DNA of 64,000 nucleotides from Candidatus Beckwithbacteria bacterium (GTDB taxonomy: Bacteria > Patescibacteriota > Microgenomatia > UBA1400 > CG1-02-47-37), in the NCBI GenBank assembly GCA_043803225.1, contig JAZDKF010000026.1:2250-66249 (forward strand). Direction: 5' to 3'. Under the pieces are notes generated by a model, which saw nothing but the letters and a program-made list of their open reading frames with translations, was not told where the DNA came from and did no database searches. Position numbers and translations under genes: made by a program. Positions 27,705-37,821 of the stretch are shown here, in pieces (the first letter of the stretch is position 1; the number at the start of each line of letters is the position of its first letter).

Positions 27705-28823
27705 ATGCTAACTATCGATGAAGTTTTAACTAGGGGAGTTGAGCAAGTATTGCCTAGCCGTGAAGGTTTAAAAAAACTGATGCAAATTAAAAAAATTCGG
27801 CTTTACCTGGGGATTGATCCCACGGCAACAAAATTACACCTGGGCCATACGGTTATGCTCCGCAAACTCCAGCAGTTTGCTGATTTAGGCCATGAAGCCA
27901 TTCTCTTATTCGGTACCGGAACAGTTTTAGTTGGAGATCCGTCTCAAAGAGACAAGGGCAGAAAATTAATTACTCAACCAGAAATTGACGACAATATAAA
28001 AACCTGGAAACAACAAGTTGAACCGATTATTGATTTTAAGAAAGTTAAAATTAAATATAACGGCGATTGGCTTTTGAAACTGGGACTAAAAGAAATAATT
28101 CAAATTGCTTCCAAAGTTTCTGCCATTCAGTTATTTAAACGAGATATGTTTCAAAAACGCTTAAAGCTCGGAGATACTGTCTGGTTTCATGAAACCCTAT
28201 ATCCGCTTTTGCAAGGTTATGACTCAGTTGCTATGAATGTTGATCTGGAACTGGGCGGAACTGATCAAACTTTCAATATGTTAATCGGCCGGGAACTGCA
28301 AGCCAAAATAAATCACCATGAAAAATTCGTTTTAACCGGCAAAATGATTATGGGAACAGACGGCCAGCAAATGAGTAAAACTTCCAACAACTGTATCTGG
28401 CTTACTGATACTGCAAAGGATATGTTTGGAAAACTAATGTCTATTCGTGACGAACTTATACCGAATTATTGGGAATTTTTTACTGATAAATCAATGCCAA
28501 TAGGGAATCCGTTAACAGTTAAAAAACAACTGGCTCTGGAAATTACCAGCCAGTACCATGGTGATTCGGGCGCCCTTGCCGCTCAAATTAACTTTGAAAC
28601 CACTTTTCAAAAAAAAGCACCGGAATTTAAGCAAACTGTCAAGCAGGGGAGTAATCTAGTTGAAACCATCGCCAAGATCGCCGGCAGCAACTCTGAAGCT
28701 AAAAGATTAATTCGTGATGGAGCAGTAGACATCAACAACATAACTGTAAAAGATATTAACGCTGGAACGGCGGTAGGAGATAAAATAAAAATCGGGAAAA
28801 AAGTTTTCAGAACGATTATATGA
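27705..28823 (+). CDS. tyrS: Tyrosyl-tRNA synthetase
   Basis: GIDPT..HLGH, YPLLQGYD, GGTDQ, QMSKT, C-terminal S4 domain. Confidence 0.96.
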   Translation: MLTIDEVLTRGVEQVLPSREGLKKLMQIKKIRLYLGIDPTATKLHLGHTVMLRKLQQFADLGHEAILLFGTGTVLVGDPSQRDKGRKLITQPEIDDNIKTWKQQVEPIIDFKKVKIKYNGDWLLKLGLKEIIQIASKVSAIQLFKRDMFQKRLKLGDTVWFHETLYPLLQGYDSVAMNVDLELGGTDQTFNMLIGRELQAKINHHEKFVLTGKMIMGTDGQQMSKTSNNCIWLTDTAKDMFGKLMSIRDELIPNYWEFFTDKSMPIGNPLTVKKQLALEITSQYHGDSGALAAQINFETTFQKKAPEFKQTVKQGSNLVETIAKIAGSNSEAKRLIRDGAVDINNITVKDINAGTAVGDKIKIGKKVFRTII

Positions 28824-28924
28824 GACTATCAAAAAAACAACGACGCTTATTTACTATCCTGGTCGCCATCGCCAGTTTAAGTCTGTTAATCGGTTCATTA
28901 CTGCCGCTGTTTTATGCTTTCTAA
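28820..28924 (+). CDS. 34-aa single-TM small protein
   Basis: MRLSKKQRRLFTILVAIASLSLLIGSLLPLFYAF; ATGA overlap with tyrS; fills the gap before recG. Confidence 0.6.
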   Translation: MRLSKKQRRLFTILVAIASLSLLIGSLLPLFYAF

Positions 28925-30860
28925 CATTCCGTTTGTCGGTCCGGCATACGCCTTGCGCCTTAATAAATTAAACATTTCCACTCCTCAAGATTTACTTAAT
29001 CACTACCCGGCCCGCTACCAAGATTTAACCCACTCAGCTATCGGTACTATTGTTTCCAGCCGCAATCTCTATACCCGCTCCGGCAAAACCCTGCAAAAAA
29101 TCATTATTCAAACCAAAACTTCCAATCAAGAACTGACTTTTTTTAATCAACCTTTTTTAATTAAAACCTTAACTCCCGGCACAAAAATTAGTTTTGTCGG
29201 TAATGATTATGAAATCATCAAAGGCCAAGAACTTATCCACACCAATCGTTTGGTGCCTGTCTACCCGGAAACCGCTGGCGTTTCCTCCAAATGGCTTCGT
29301 TCTCGCATCTATTATCTTTTAAATAATCAACCTTTACCTAATGATTGGCTGCCTCAATCTATTAAAACTAAGTACCAACTTATTAATTTAGATAAAGCCT
29401 TGCACCAAATCCACTTTCCCCAAAACCAAACCCAAATCGATCAGGCAACCAAGCGCCTGAGTTTCAATGAACTCTTTTTACTTCAACTCGAAGCTCGGGA
29501 AAGAAAAAAAGCCTGGCAAAAAAAATCTTTAAGCCATCAGCTTTCAGTTAACCAGGAAAAAGTTCTTAAGTTGATTGCTTCTCTGCCGTTTACTTTAACT
29601 GCCGGCCAAAACCGCTGCTTGAAAGAAATCTTGACTGATTTAAAAAAGCCTGTTCCTATGAATCGTTTGCTTCAGGGAGAAGTCGGCTCCGGTAAAACTG
29701 TTATTGCCGCCATCGCCGGCTACGTATCTTATCTTAACGGCCTGGATACGATCTTGATGGCCCCGACCGAGATATTAGCCAATCAGCACTTTCAGACTTT
29801 AAAGACTATTCTTAAACCAGTAGGCCTTAAAATAGAACTAATTACCGCTTCCCAAAAACCTAAAAAAAACCTCTCCGCTAATCTTTACGTTGGCACCCAC
29901 GCCCTTTTACATCGGCCTTTAAATTTATCTAAAGTTGGTCTAGTGGTAATTGATGAACAGCATCGATTTGGCGTGGCTCAACGGGCTCAACTAGTCGCCC
30001 AGTCCAAACTTATTCCTCATCTGCTAACCATGACCGCGACCCCGATTCCCCGAACCATTGCCCTGACTCTGTATTCTGATTTAGATCTGTCTGTTCTTGA
30101 TGAAATGCCTGAAGGCCGGCAAACCATTACTACTTGGGTTGTGCCGCAAACAAAACGCTTATCTGCCTATCATTGGATTGAATCGGAAATACTCGCTCAT
30201 AATTCTCAGGCATTTATCGTTTGTCCTTTAATTGAACCTTCAGAAAAAGAAGCTTTGCAGGATATAAAGGCCGTAACTCAAGAATTCAATCAATTAAACT
30301 CAATCTTTAATAAATTAAAATTGGGTTTAATTCATGGTAGGTTAAAAAATAAAGCTAAAAATGATCTCTTGGCTAAATTCCAGGCCAACAAGCTTAATAT
30401 TTTAGTCGCCACGCCGGTGATCGAAGTCGGCATTGATATTCCTAATGCTTCAATTATGGTCATTGAAAATGCTGATCGCTTTGGCCTCGCCCAACTCCAT
30501 CAGCTTCGAGGTCGAATTGGTAGAAATAATCAAAAATCATACTGTTTAATCTTTACTCAAAATTCAAACCCTAAAGTCTTGTCTAGATTAAAACAACTTG
30601 AAATTCTTAATCAAGGCCAAAAATTGGCTGAGTTGGATTTAAAGCTTCGCGGACCCGGTGATCTTTACGGTTTAAAACAACATGGATTCCTTCAATTAAA
30701 ACTCGCCAGTTTGACAGATCAAGCTTTAATCAGTCAAGTTAACCAGGCAGTCAGTAGCTTGAAAATATTACCAAAACAGCTTACAATTCACTTATATGCC
30801 TCCTCAACCAAAACGGAAAATATCATCCAGACGCCAAGGCAAACGCCGCGCCGCGATTAA
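28914..30860 (+). CDS. recG: ATP-dependent DNA helicase RecG
   Basis: RLLQGEVGSGKT, DEQHRFG, TATPIPRT, QLHQLRGRIGR, DLKLRGPG. Confidence 0.95.
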   Translation: MLSNIPFVGPAYALRLNKLNISTPQDLLNHYPARYQDLTHSAIGTIVSSRNLYTRSGKTLQKIIIQTKTSNQELTFFNQPFLIKTLTPGTKISFVGNDYEIIKGQELIHTNRLVPVYPETAGVSSKWLRSRIYYLLNNQPLPNDWLPQSIKTKYQLINLDKALHQIHFPQNQTQIDQATKRLSFNELFLLQLEARERKKAWQKKSLSHQLSVNQEKVLKLIASLPFTLTAGQNRCLKEILTDLKKPVPMNRLLQGEVGSGKTVIAAIAGYVSYLNGLDTILMAPTEILANQHFQTLKTILKPVGLKIELITASQKPKKNLSANLYVGTHALLHRPLNLSKVGLVVIDEQHRFGVAQRAQLVAQSKLIPHLLTMTATPIPRTIALTLYSDLDLSVLDEMPEGRQTITTWVVPQTKRLSAYHWIESEILAHNSQAFIVCPLIEPSEKEALQDIKAVTQEFNQLNSIFNKLKLGLIHGRLKNKAKNDLLAKFQANKLNILVATPVIEVGIDIPNASIMVIENADRFGLAQLHQLRGRIGRNNQKSYCLIFTQNSNPKVLSRLKQLEILNQGQKLAELDLKLRGPGDLYGLKQHGFLQLKLASLTDQALISQVNQAVSSLKILPKQLTIHLYASSTKTENIIQTPRQTPRRD

Positions 30861-30948
30861 ACTGGCAAAACCTAACGTTCTTAAATGTCCTCACTGCCAT
30901 CAAGATAAGTTGTCTCATCAACTTTGCTCAAACTGCAAACAGTATTAA
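30796..30948 (+). CDS. rpmF: 50S ribosomal protein L32
   Basis: MPPQPKRKISSRRQGKRRA..CPHC..HQLCSNC (manual translation; below the ORF-track cutoff). Confidence 0.92.
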   Translation: MPPQPKRKISSRRQGKRRAAIKLAKPNVLKCPHCHQDKLSHQLCSNCKQY

Positions 30949-31271
30949 TGAAGTCTAAATTTGACCCGCGCCACCTTAAACGTATTAATTGCTTTAAGCA
31001 ACTCTTTGCCAAAAGTTTTAAAAATAGAAAGTTTGACCCGGAAACTGATAAACTAATTTCTCAAAATGCTCCTGATTGGCCGGTTAATAAATTAAATAAA
31101 GTTGATCTGGCTATCCTTCGTCTGGCTATTAATGAAATGAAAAATCAACCCCAAACTCCGCCTAAAGTAATTATCGACGAAGCTATTGAGCTGGGTAAAA
31201 CCTTTGGCAGTGCCAAAACCGCCCCTTTTATTAATGGTGTTTTAGGCGCTATTATTAAAAAACAGCCATGA
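30948..31271 (+). CDS. nusB: Transcription antitermination factor NusB (short)
   Basis: VDLAILRLA, IIDEAIELGKTFG, FINGVLG. Confidence 0.92.
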   Translation: MKSKFDPRHLKRINCFKQLFAKSFKNRKFDPETDKLISQNAPDWPVNKLNKVDLAILRLAINEMKNQPQTPPKVIIDEAIELGKTFGSAKTAPFINGVLGAIIKKQP

Positions 31272-31930
31272 AAACACTTCCCTTAACTTTTAAAAATCCT
31301 GATCTTCTGAGTATGGCTTTAACTCATCGATCCGCTTTAAATGAGAAAAAGGGAAGTAGGCAGTCCAACGAACGGCTTGAATTTTTAGGTGACGCTGTCT
31401 TAGAACTAATCGTTTCTCACTATCTCTTCCAACGCTTTCCGAAAGAACCAGAAGGTCAACTTACCCAAAAACGTTCCCTTATTGTTCAAACCAAAACTTT
31501 GGCTACGGCTGCCAAACGTTTACATCTTGGCGAAAATTTAATCATGTCACGGGGCGAAAAAAAAGCCGGCGGCGCGGCTAATATCAGCTTACTCGCTAAT
31601 ACTTTTGAAGCTCTGCTTGGGGCTATTTACTTGGATCGAGGGTTAAAAAAAACTATTGATTTTCTCTATCAAAACTTGCTTAATCAACTTAACGACCTAG
31701 TTATTCAAGCCGAAGTTCATGACTTTAAAAGCGAACTTCAGGAAACTTGGCAAAAACAATTTAAATTGGCACCGAAATATCAGCTAGTCAAGACTTTTGG
31801 TCCGGACCACGCCAAAACTTTTGTGGTTAAAGTACTTTTAAAAAACCAGGTTAAAGGCGAGGGAAAAGGTCAATCAAAACAAGCCGCTCAGCAAGCAGCC
31901 GCTAAAATCGCTCTTGAGAAAATTAACTAA
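31268..31930 (+). CDS. rnc: Ribonuclease III
   Basis: ALTHRS, NERLEFLGDAVL, dsRBD GPDHAK. Confidence 0.96.
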   Translation: MKTLPLTFKNPDLLSMALTHRSALNEKKGSRQSNERLEFLGDAVLELIVSHYLFQRFPKEPEGQLTQKRSLIVQTKTLATAAKRLHLGENLIMSRGEKKAGGAANISLLANTFEALLGAIYLDRGLKKTIDFLYQNLLNQLNDLVIQAEVHDFKSELQETWQKQFKLAPKYQLVKTFGPDHAKTFVVKVLLKNQVKGEGKGQSKQAAQQAAAKIALEKIN

Positions 31931-31948
31931 TTCTGCTACTATTCTCCT

Positions 31949-32185
31949 ATGCTGAAAATCAAATTAACCAGAACTGGCAAAAAAGGTTATCCGACTTATA
32001 AAATTGTGGTCAACGAGGCTCGTGACAAACGAGATGGCAAGTATCTTGATCTAATCGGAACCTACAACCCCAACACCCAGCCTCACACGCTTCAATTTGA
32101 TCAGAAAAAACTTTTATTTTGGATTTCCCAAGGCGCCAAACCAACCTTAACTGTCAGCCGCTTAACCAAAATCAAGCATGCTTAA
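31949..32185 (+). CDS. rpsP: 30S ribosomal protein S16
   Basis: LKIKLTRTGKK, RDGK..IGTYNP, GAKPT. Confidence 0.96.
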   Translation: MLKIKLTRTGKKGYPTYKIVVNEARDKRDGKYLDLIGTYNPNTQPHTLQFDQKKLLFWISQGAKPTLTVSRLTKIKHA

Positions 32186-32471
32186 CCTCACCAAGTATCT
32201 CGTCACTAATCTCGTTGATAATCCTGAAGCAGTCGTCGTTGCAGAAAACGTCGATGAATCCGGCACTCATTTAATTTCTATCACTGTTGATCCAACTGAT
32301 ATGGGAAAAATTATCGGCAAAGGCGGTAAAATCATCAACGCCATAAGAGAACTGATTAAAGTCAAAGCCATAAAACAAGGTCTTAGAGTTCGGGTGATGC
32401 TGACCGATCAACACCAAACAAATCCGCCTTTCCCGTCTGAGCCGACGGCAACACTGATTGAAACTGAGTAA
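32178..32471 (+). CDS. khpA: KH-domain RNA-binding protein (KhpA/YlqC)
   Basis: DMGKIIGKGGKIINAIR; follows rpsP. Confidence 0.9.
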   Translation: MLNLTKYLVTNLVDNPEAVVVAENVDESGTHLISITVDPTDMGKIIGKGGKIINAIRELIKVKAIKQGLRVRVMLTDQHQTNPPFPSEPTATLIETE

Positions 32472-33120
32472 AATTAAACAGTTTATTCAGCACCATCTCT
32501 TCACCTTTAGATAACAATTTTACCGGCTGGCTAATACTGCCTAATGTTGTCGGCGCCGCTTGATAGTAAGCTGACACATCAATCGACGCTAGCACTAAAG
32601 TTGCCTGATCTTCAAACAAAGGATTAGTTTTAATCGCTAAACCTACGTTATCAATTCTCATTATTGGAGCTGTACTCTCTAATTCCTTTAAAAACTCTAT
32701 AATCTTATTAAAATTGCCGCCCACTTCAAATCCAAAACTAATATCTAGCAATTTACTGCTGGACTTGAGTTTGTCTTTGCTGATTTTTTCTTCTTCAACC
32801 GTTAACTCACCTGGCCTGAGTGCTACCCCTCCAAAAGTTAAACCATGCTTTCGGGCTAAATTAGATAAACTCGATAAAATTTGAACTACTGGTTTTTGCG
32901 ACGGAAAGACTACTTCCATCTTAGTCGCTCTTTCTTTAATTAATTGTTTATCGATACCTTGTAATACCTGAACTTTTGTCTCCAAACTAGCCAAATCTGC
33001 TTTTAGTTTTCGATTTACCGCTAAACGCTGATTTAATCGGCTTAATACCGGACCAAAAACAATAAAACTTAAAATAACCGCTACCGCTATGGCTACTGAT
33101 AACTTATAGTTTTTATTCAT
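32383..33120 (-). CDS. pilO: Type IV pilus assembly PilO-like protein
   Basis: N-terminal TM, coiled coil, position after pilM-pilN. Confidence 0.7.
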   Translation of the reverse strand: MNKNYKLSVAIAVAVILSFIVFGPVLSRLNQRLAVNRKLKADLASLETKVQVLQGIDKQLIKERATKMEVVFPSQKPVVQILSSLSNLARKHGLTFGGVALRPGELTVEEEKISKDKLKSSSKLLDISFGFEVGGNFNKIIEFLKELESTAPIMRIDNVGLAIKTNPLFEDQATLVLASIDVSAYYQAAPTTLGSISQPVKLLSKGEEMVLNKLFNFTQFQSVLPSAQTGKADLFGVDRSASPEL

Positions 33121-33668
33121 TCGGCTGCTCCAAATCCTAAAGTTAGAAATATACTGAAATTTATTTCAGCCTTGTTATTAAAACTAATCCTTTGTACCCC
33201 TGCTTCTATAATTCTGGCTTGGCCGGCTGTCGGTTCCTTAATTCGCCTGATCAATTCATATAATTTTGGCCAACTGGGCACATTTCCTGATAAAGAAATA
33301 GTTCCATTTTCATTTACTTTAAACCCTTTTAAACTAGTTCCGTCTGGTATCAAACTGAAAATAGCTTCGGCTATCCGCTGATGTTTTTCCTGTTGCTTTA
33401 ATAAATCTTCAAAAGCTGTTATCTTGCTGACTAAAAAAACCTGTTTGCTCTCAACATCTTCTAATTGAGTTATTTGATTTTTTGCTTGAGAAGTCTTTTG
33501 CTCTAGACTTTTGTTAAGCATATTAATTCCAATTCCATAAGCTGATAATCCGGCTATTAAAAGTGCCAGAACAATCCAACCAATTACCACCAACTTCCAC
33601 GCCAATCTCTTTAACTTTTGTTTATCTCTAACTTTTTTTATTTTTTCACTGAGTAAATTTAAATCCAT
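33117..33668 (-). CDS. pilN: Type IV pilus assembly PilN-like protein
   Basis: DLNLL N-terminal motif, TM, coiled coil. Confidence 0.75.
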   Translation of the reverse strand: MDLNLLSEKIKKVRDKQKLKRLAWKLVVIGWIVLALLIAGLSAYGIGINMLNKSLEQKTSQAKNQITQLEDVESKQVFLVSKITAFEDLLKQQEKHQRIAEAIFSLIPDGTSLKGFKVNENGTISLSGNVPSWPKLYELIRRIKEPTAGQARIIEAGVQRISFNNKAEINFSIFLTLGFGAAE

Positions 33669-33669
33669 T

Positions 33670-34662
33670 TTATATCAACCCTTTTAAAGCCAGTCCGGTT
33701 ACTGTCGCCAGTTGAGGGTTGCTCACCGCCGCAATCTTTTGTTTAAAATCATTATTTTTAATAAACCGGGTAAACGGATCACCCACCACTACTTCTACGT
33801 TTAATTTAGAGGTTAAATAAGCTCCAAGTCCTGGCAACAATCCGCCGCCGCCAGTTAAAATTAGCTCTTCAATTGGCTTGTTAAAATTTTGCTGTTGTAA
33901 AAACATAACCGCTTTATTAATCTGATCAACAATCTCGTCTATCACCGGAGACAGAACTTTGGCTACCTTACCTTCCATTAATTCCTTATTTACCCCATAG
34001 GTCTTTTTATATTCTTCAGCCTGATCAACTGGTAAGTTTAATTCGTTCATTAAACTTTTAGTCAAGGCTCCGCCGCCGACATTAATAGCATAAGTAAACA
34101 ACGATAACCCTTTATTCAGAATCATTAAATCAGTCGTTTGATAACCGAAACTAACAATTGCCTGAGTTTTGCTTTCATCGCCAAATACTCGTTTCAAGCT
34201 GAACAGTTCGGTTTCCAAACTTTTAGGGATTAACTCTGCCTGATCAATTAAATGCATTAAACTGTCAATTTTGGTCCTAGGGACCGCAATTAAAAGTACT
34301 TTCATTAACTTTTCGTTTTCTCCTTCTCTAAATCCTAATACCTGATGATGAAGCTCAACTTCATTTAAAGGGATCGGAATATACTGCTCGGCTTCAAATT
34401 GAATCGAGGAAGCTAGTTCCGTATCAGTTAACTGCGGTGTTTCAATAATTTTTGTAAAGACTTCACTTTCTGCCAAGGCTAAATTAACCTCTACCGCTCC
34501 CCTTATACCCGCTTCTTTAACTGCCTGCTGAATCGAAATTGCCAAGTTCTTTGGATCACTATTAACCACTGCCACCTTTGCCACCTTAAACTCATGATTG
34601 CTTTTCTCTGCTTGTAATACTTTTATCTGAGTTGAACCGATATCTAAACCAAAAAAAGACAT
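33670..34662 (-). CDS. pilM: Type IV pilus assembly protein PilM
   Basis: GLDIGS, EAEQYIP, LTGGG, GLAL actin-like motifs. Confidence 0.92.
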   Translation of the reverse strand: MSFFGLDIGSTQIKVLQAEKSNHEFKVAKVAVVNSDPKNLAISIQQAVKEAGIRGAVEVNLALAESEVFTKIIETPQLTDTELASSIQFEAEQYIPIPLNEVELHHQVLGFREGENEKLMKVLLIAVPRTKIDSLMHLIDQAELIPKSLETELFSLKRVFGDESKTQAIVSFGYQTTDLMILNKGLSLFTYAINVGGGALTKSLMNELNLPVDQAEEYKKTYGVNKELMEGKVAKVLSPVIDEIVDQINKAVMFLQQQNFNKPIEELILTGGGGLLPGLGAYLTSKLNVEVVVGDPFTRFIKNNDFKQKIAAVSNPQLATVTGLALKGLI

Positions 34663-34676
34663 GGGCAGAGCCTTTC

Positions 34677-35465
34677 TTATTGCATTATATTAGTTCCGGA
34701 AAATAAAACAAAGTCAAATATTGCCGGCACCGCCGAAACTGATCGGCTAACTTGAATTGCCTTAGATTCCAAAGTCGGAGATTGAGCTGATGAATCAATT
34801 ATATAGGTTTGAACCGGCAGATTCGTCCCTGTAACTCGTATTGTTGCTTGATTATATAACGGTCTTATCCTGACCCGTTCATCATTTGGTCCTACCGCTA
34901 AGCTATACTTTTTTAAATAACCGTCTTCACCGTCACTGACACCAACCCTGGTTAAACCATTTTCAGCGTCTAAATTACAGGCATTAATCGCTGTCCGCTG
35001 GACATTTCCGTTAACATCAATCACGCTAATTAACAATGACGCTGGCGCTCCGCCGCTGACTCCATTACAGCTCTCTTCTGGATTTTCCAGTTCATTACTG
35101 CTTTCCACCCAGTTAATCGTTAATGTGTCGGCTCCGCCTAACACCACCTCAGCCACATCATTTTCTCTGACTATTGTTTCTACAAAACTTGCTTCCTCAA
35201 CCGAATAATCAACTTCGATATTGTCAACAGACATGCTACTGCTTCCGCCTATCAAAAGCAAACCGCTTAAATTCGTTAATGCTTCTTCAATGCCGGCTTC
35301 AGCCGCATTAAACGCCCGGACCGATTCTTCGCTGTGGCCGGTAATTTGCACATCAGTAATTGACTGAGAAATTATCGACAATCCAAATCCTAAAGCCACT
35401 GCCACCACTAAAAGCACTATTAGCACTGCCTGTCCTTGTTGGTAAATTTTTTTCTGCCAGTTCAT
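34677..35465 (-). CDS. PilX-like minor pilin
   Basis: QGQAVLIVL, AFNAAEAGIEEAL. Confidence 0.82.
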   Translation of the reverse strand: MNWQKKIYQQGQAVLIVLLVVAVALGFGLSIISQSITDVQITGHSEESVRAFNAAEAGIEEALTNLSGLLLIGGSSSMSVDNIEVDYSVEEASFVETIVRENDVAEVVLGGADTLTINWVESSNELENPEESCNGVSGGAPASLLISVIDVNGNVQRTAINACNLDAENGLTRVGVSDGEDGYLKKYSLAVGPNDERVRIRPLYNQATIRVTGTNLPVQTYIIDSSAQSPTLESKAIQVSRSVSAVPAIFDFVLFSGTNIMQ

Positions 35466-35485
35466 CCTGATTTAATAGTACGACA

Positions 35486-35968
35486 TCAATACTGTCTTGT
35501 CGAGACCGAAGTCGCAAAACTCTGATTCAGCTTTTCCTGAACCTGATGAGCGTCTTCATCTCCGGCAATTAAACTAAATCTGATTGTCACAATCTGATTA
35601 CCTACTTGGCCGTTATAACAATTAAAGCTTCCCGCAGTTAAATCAGCCACCGGCCCGGTTAAAAAACTGCTGTCCGAAGCGACCCGTTCACCTGACAAAT
35701 CATAAAGAATCGTGGCTCCATCAGTCCGATTCACTGTTAGCTGATCATTGTCACAAACAACACTTTCTGCCGCTCTAATCTCTTGCGCCATTGTCTTGAT
35801 CGCAAAGTCACCGTTTTGTCTGACTGCCTGAATCAATTGCGCCTTGCTCCCGCCACTAAAACTGGCCATAAACACGCTGATTAAAGTTATACTGAACAAA
35901 ACCATTATTCCCGACACCACCACCAACTCAATTAAAGTAAAACCTGAAATTTTTCTTATCTTTCCCAT
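35486..35968 (-). CDS. Minor pilin (class III signal peptide)
   Basis: SG-FTLIELV. Confidence 0.85.
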   Translation of the reverse strand: MGKIRKISGFTLIELVVVSGIMVLFSITLISVFMASFSGGSKAQLIQAVRQNGDFAIKTMAQEIRAAESVVCDNDQLTVNRTDGATILYDLSGERVASDSSFLTGPVADLTAGSFNCYNGQVGNQIVTIRFSLIAGDEDAHQVQEKLNQSFATSVSTRQY

Positions 35969-36414
35969 AAAGACAAACTAGTTTGCTGAACAGCGTTATA
36001 TCTTTGACTGCCTTCCTGCCAGCTTACTGTAACTATGACAGTAGCGGTATTGCTGCCGGTATCAGTTATTCTCACACACCGTTTAAAAAAATCATCAATA
36101 TTATTGGTTTCAGGGCAAATGGCGCTTAAACTACTTTCCACTGTCCAACCCTTGGCTAAGTCGTATTCCGAACCGGCCTTAGCCAACAATTCTGTCCAGC
36201 TTAAATCCCGGTAAGTCCGAATCAACTCCACACCTTCCTGAGCAAAACCGACGGCTTTAGTTCTGTCTTTGGCCAGTCGGCTGTTTTTAACTGATAAAGA
36301 AATTAAAGCCAACACCGCCGTCAGCAATAAAGCCATCATTCCGACGGCGACAATTACCTCAACCAAACTTTGACCTGGATTTTTACGGGGTCGAATCGTA
36401 ACAACACTTGTCAT
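35956..36414 (-). CDS. PilV-like minor pilin
   Basis: PG-QSLVEVI. Confidence 0.8.
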   Translation of the reverse strand: MTSVVTIRPRKNPGQSLVEVIVAVGMMALLLTAVLALISLSVKNSRLAKDRTKAVGFAQEGVELIRTYRDLSWTELLAKAGSEYDLAKGWTVESSLSAICPETNNIDDFFKRCVRITDTGSNTATVIVTVSWQEGSQRYNAVQQTSLSLWER

Positions 36415-36981
36415 TTAGTACCCCCCTGGTCTACCTATGGGCGAGGGTGATGGCGAAGGCGAGGGTGAAACTAAATCCGGACTGGAAGATGGCAATGGTG
36501 AATCTAAAACCGTCTCACTTCTGATTACTCCGCTTGGTTCAATTACTACTTGATAAGAATAACTCAAACCGATTTTGCTTAAATAAATTGTCTGAGCACC
36601 GTCCACATCAGATCTTAGATTATTAAACCTTAATGATTCAGGCCAGGGAGCTGTAAAAATAACCTCGTTATCTAAAGTCCAGCTAACCGCCGTAGTCACC
36701 TTGCCTTCACAGAGCGGCGACACTGAATAGCTGTCTTCAGCTACATAACTTACTTCATAGCCTAAAAACTTATCCGCTGTCGTACATTCAGCCGGCTTTT
36801 CTCCAGCTAGAGCTCTTTGCTGGAAAAGACGCAAGTTGGTTTGAAAACTGATTCCGGCCTGTTTTACTTGCTGTTTGCCACTGATGCTTCGGTAGGCGAC
36901 TATGCCTCCTGAAAATAACACTCCGCTGATCACGGCTACAACCATTAATTCGATTAAAGAAAACCCTGGCATTTGTCTCAT
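36415..36981 (-). CDS. FimT/GspH-like minor pilin with Ser-Pro tail
   Basis: PG-FSLIELM; start probably 36981. Confidence 0.82.
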   Translation of the reverse strand: MRQMPGFSLIELMVVAVISGVLFSGGIVAYRSISGKQQVKQAGISFQTNLRLFQQRALAGEKPAECTTADKFLGYEVSYVAEDSYSVSPLCEGKVTTAVSWTLDNEVIFTAPWPESLRFNNLRSDVDGAQTIYLSKIGLSYSYQVVIEPSGVIRSETVLDSPLPSSSPDLVSPSPSPSPSPIGRPGGY

Positions 36982-36982
36982 C

Positions 36983-37408
36983 TTATAGTGGGCTGCTAAC
37001 CTCATAATTGCATCCTGCCTCGCTACAACCTGCTACAGCTGAATCATCACTCTTAGCTAGCTCTAAATAGGCAGCTAAAATATAAGTTGATCCGTCAGAA
37101 CTGTAAACATAGCTATTTCCTTCTAATGGATCACCTGGCATCTCTCCAAGATAAGTCACTCCGCCGGCGGCTAAACTTTCACCCGCATCTGGAAATTGCG
37201 CTGTAGTTGGGTATACATCCTGATCAGTTCGATAAAGTTCTAAAGCCGCTCTAACCTGCTGTAGATCGCCTTGCCGTCTGCCGTCTCTGGCTTTTTGATT
37301 AGCTACCCTAAAACTAGTCGTCCCAATGGTAGTTAAAACCGCAATAATCGTCACTGTTACTAACATCTCGATAAAAGTAAAGCCTGATTTTGCTTTTAAC
37401 TTTTTCAT
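36983..37408 (-). CDS. Pilin (GspG-like)
   Basis: SG-FTFIEML, ARDGRRQGDL. Confidence 0.87.
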   Translation of the reverse strand: MKKLKAKSGFTFIEMLVTVTIIAVLTTIGTTSFRVANQKARDGRRQGDLQQVRAALELYRTDQDVYPTTAQFPDAGESLAAGGVTYLGEMPGDPLEGNSYVYSSDGSTYILAAYLELAKSDDSAVAGCSEAGCNYEVSSPL

Positions 37409-37821
37409 TGTTGGCTATAAACACAAAAATCTTGATTAGGATTATCAGTCTCCCATTCTCCATCGCTTTCCAGATCAATACAAAACTGATACGCATCACT
37501 GGTCATACTAACAGCAAGATAATCAGATCCGTCTTTCGGATCTACCGGTATCTCTTGCATCGTCACTGTTGTTCCATCAACACAAGTTAGAACTTCACCC
37601 CAGGTTATATCCGGATACTCATTATCTATCGCATAGCATTCTTCCATGGCCTTTTGGACCGCTTTCATATCAGCTTGCCTGCGCGAATCCCGGCCCCTTT
37701 TTTGCGCCGTTGAAAAACTAACCGATCCTATTCCCAGTAAAATCCCAATAATTGAAATAGTTACCAATAACTCTAATAAAGTAAAACCTTTAGATACCAC
37801 TGCCATATTGTTTCTCCCCAT
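37405..37821 (-). CDS. Pilin (GspG-like)
   Basis: KG-FTLLELL, GRDSRRQADM; start may be 37806. Confidence 0.87.
   Translation of the reverse strand: MGRNNMAVVSKGFTLLELLVTISIIGILLGIGSVSFSTAQKRGRDSRRQADMKAVQKAMEECYAIDNEYPDITWGEVLTCVDGTTVTMQEIPVDPKDGSDYLAVSMTSDAYQFCIDLESDGEWETDNPNQDFCVYSQQ

Noticed and set aside
32383-32471. 89-nt convergent overlap of khpA and pilO
   Set aside because: Only poorly conserved C-terminal tails overlap, which is common in compact genomes
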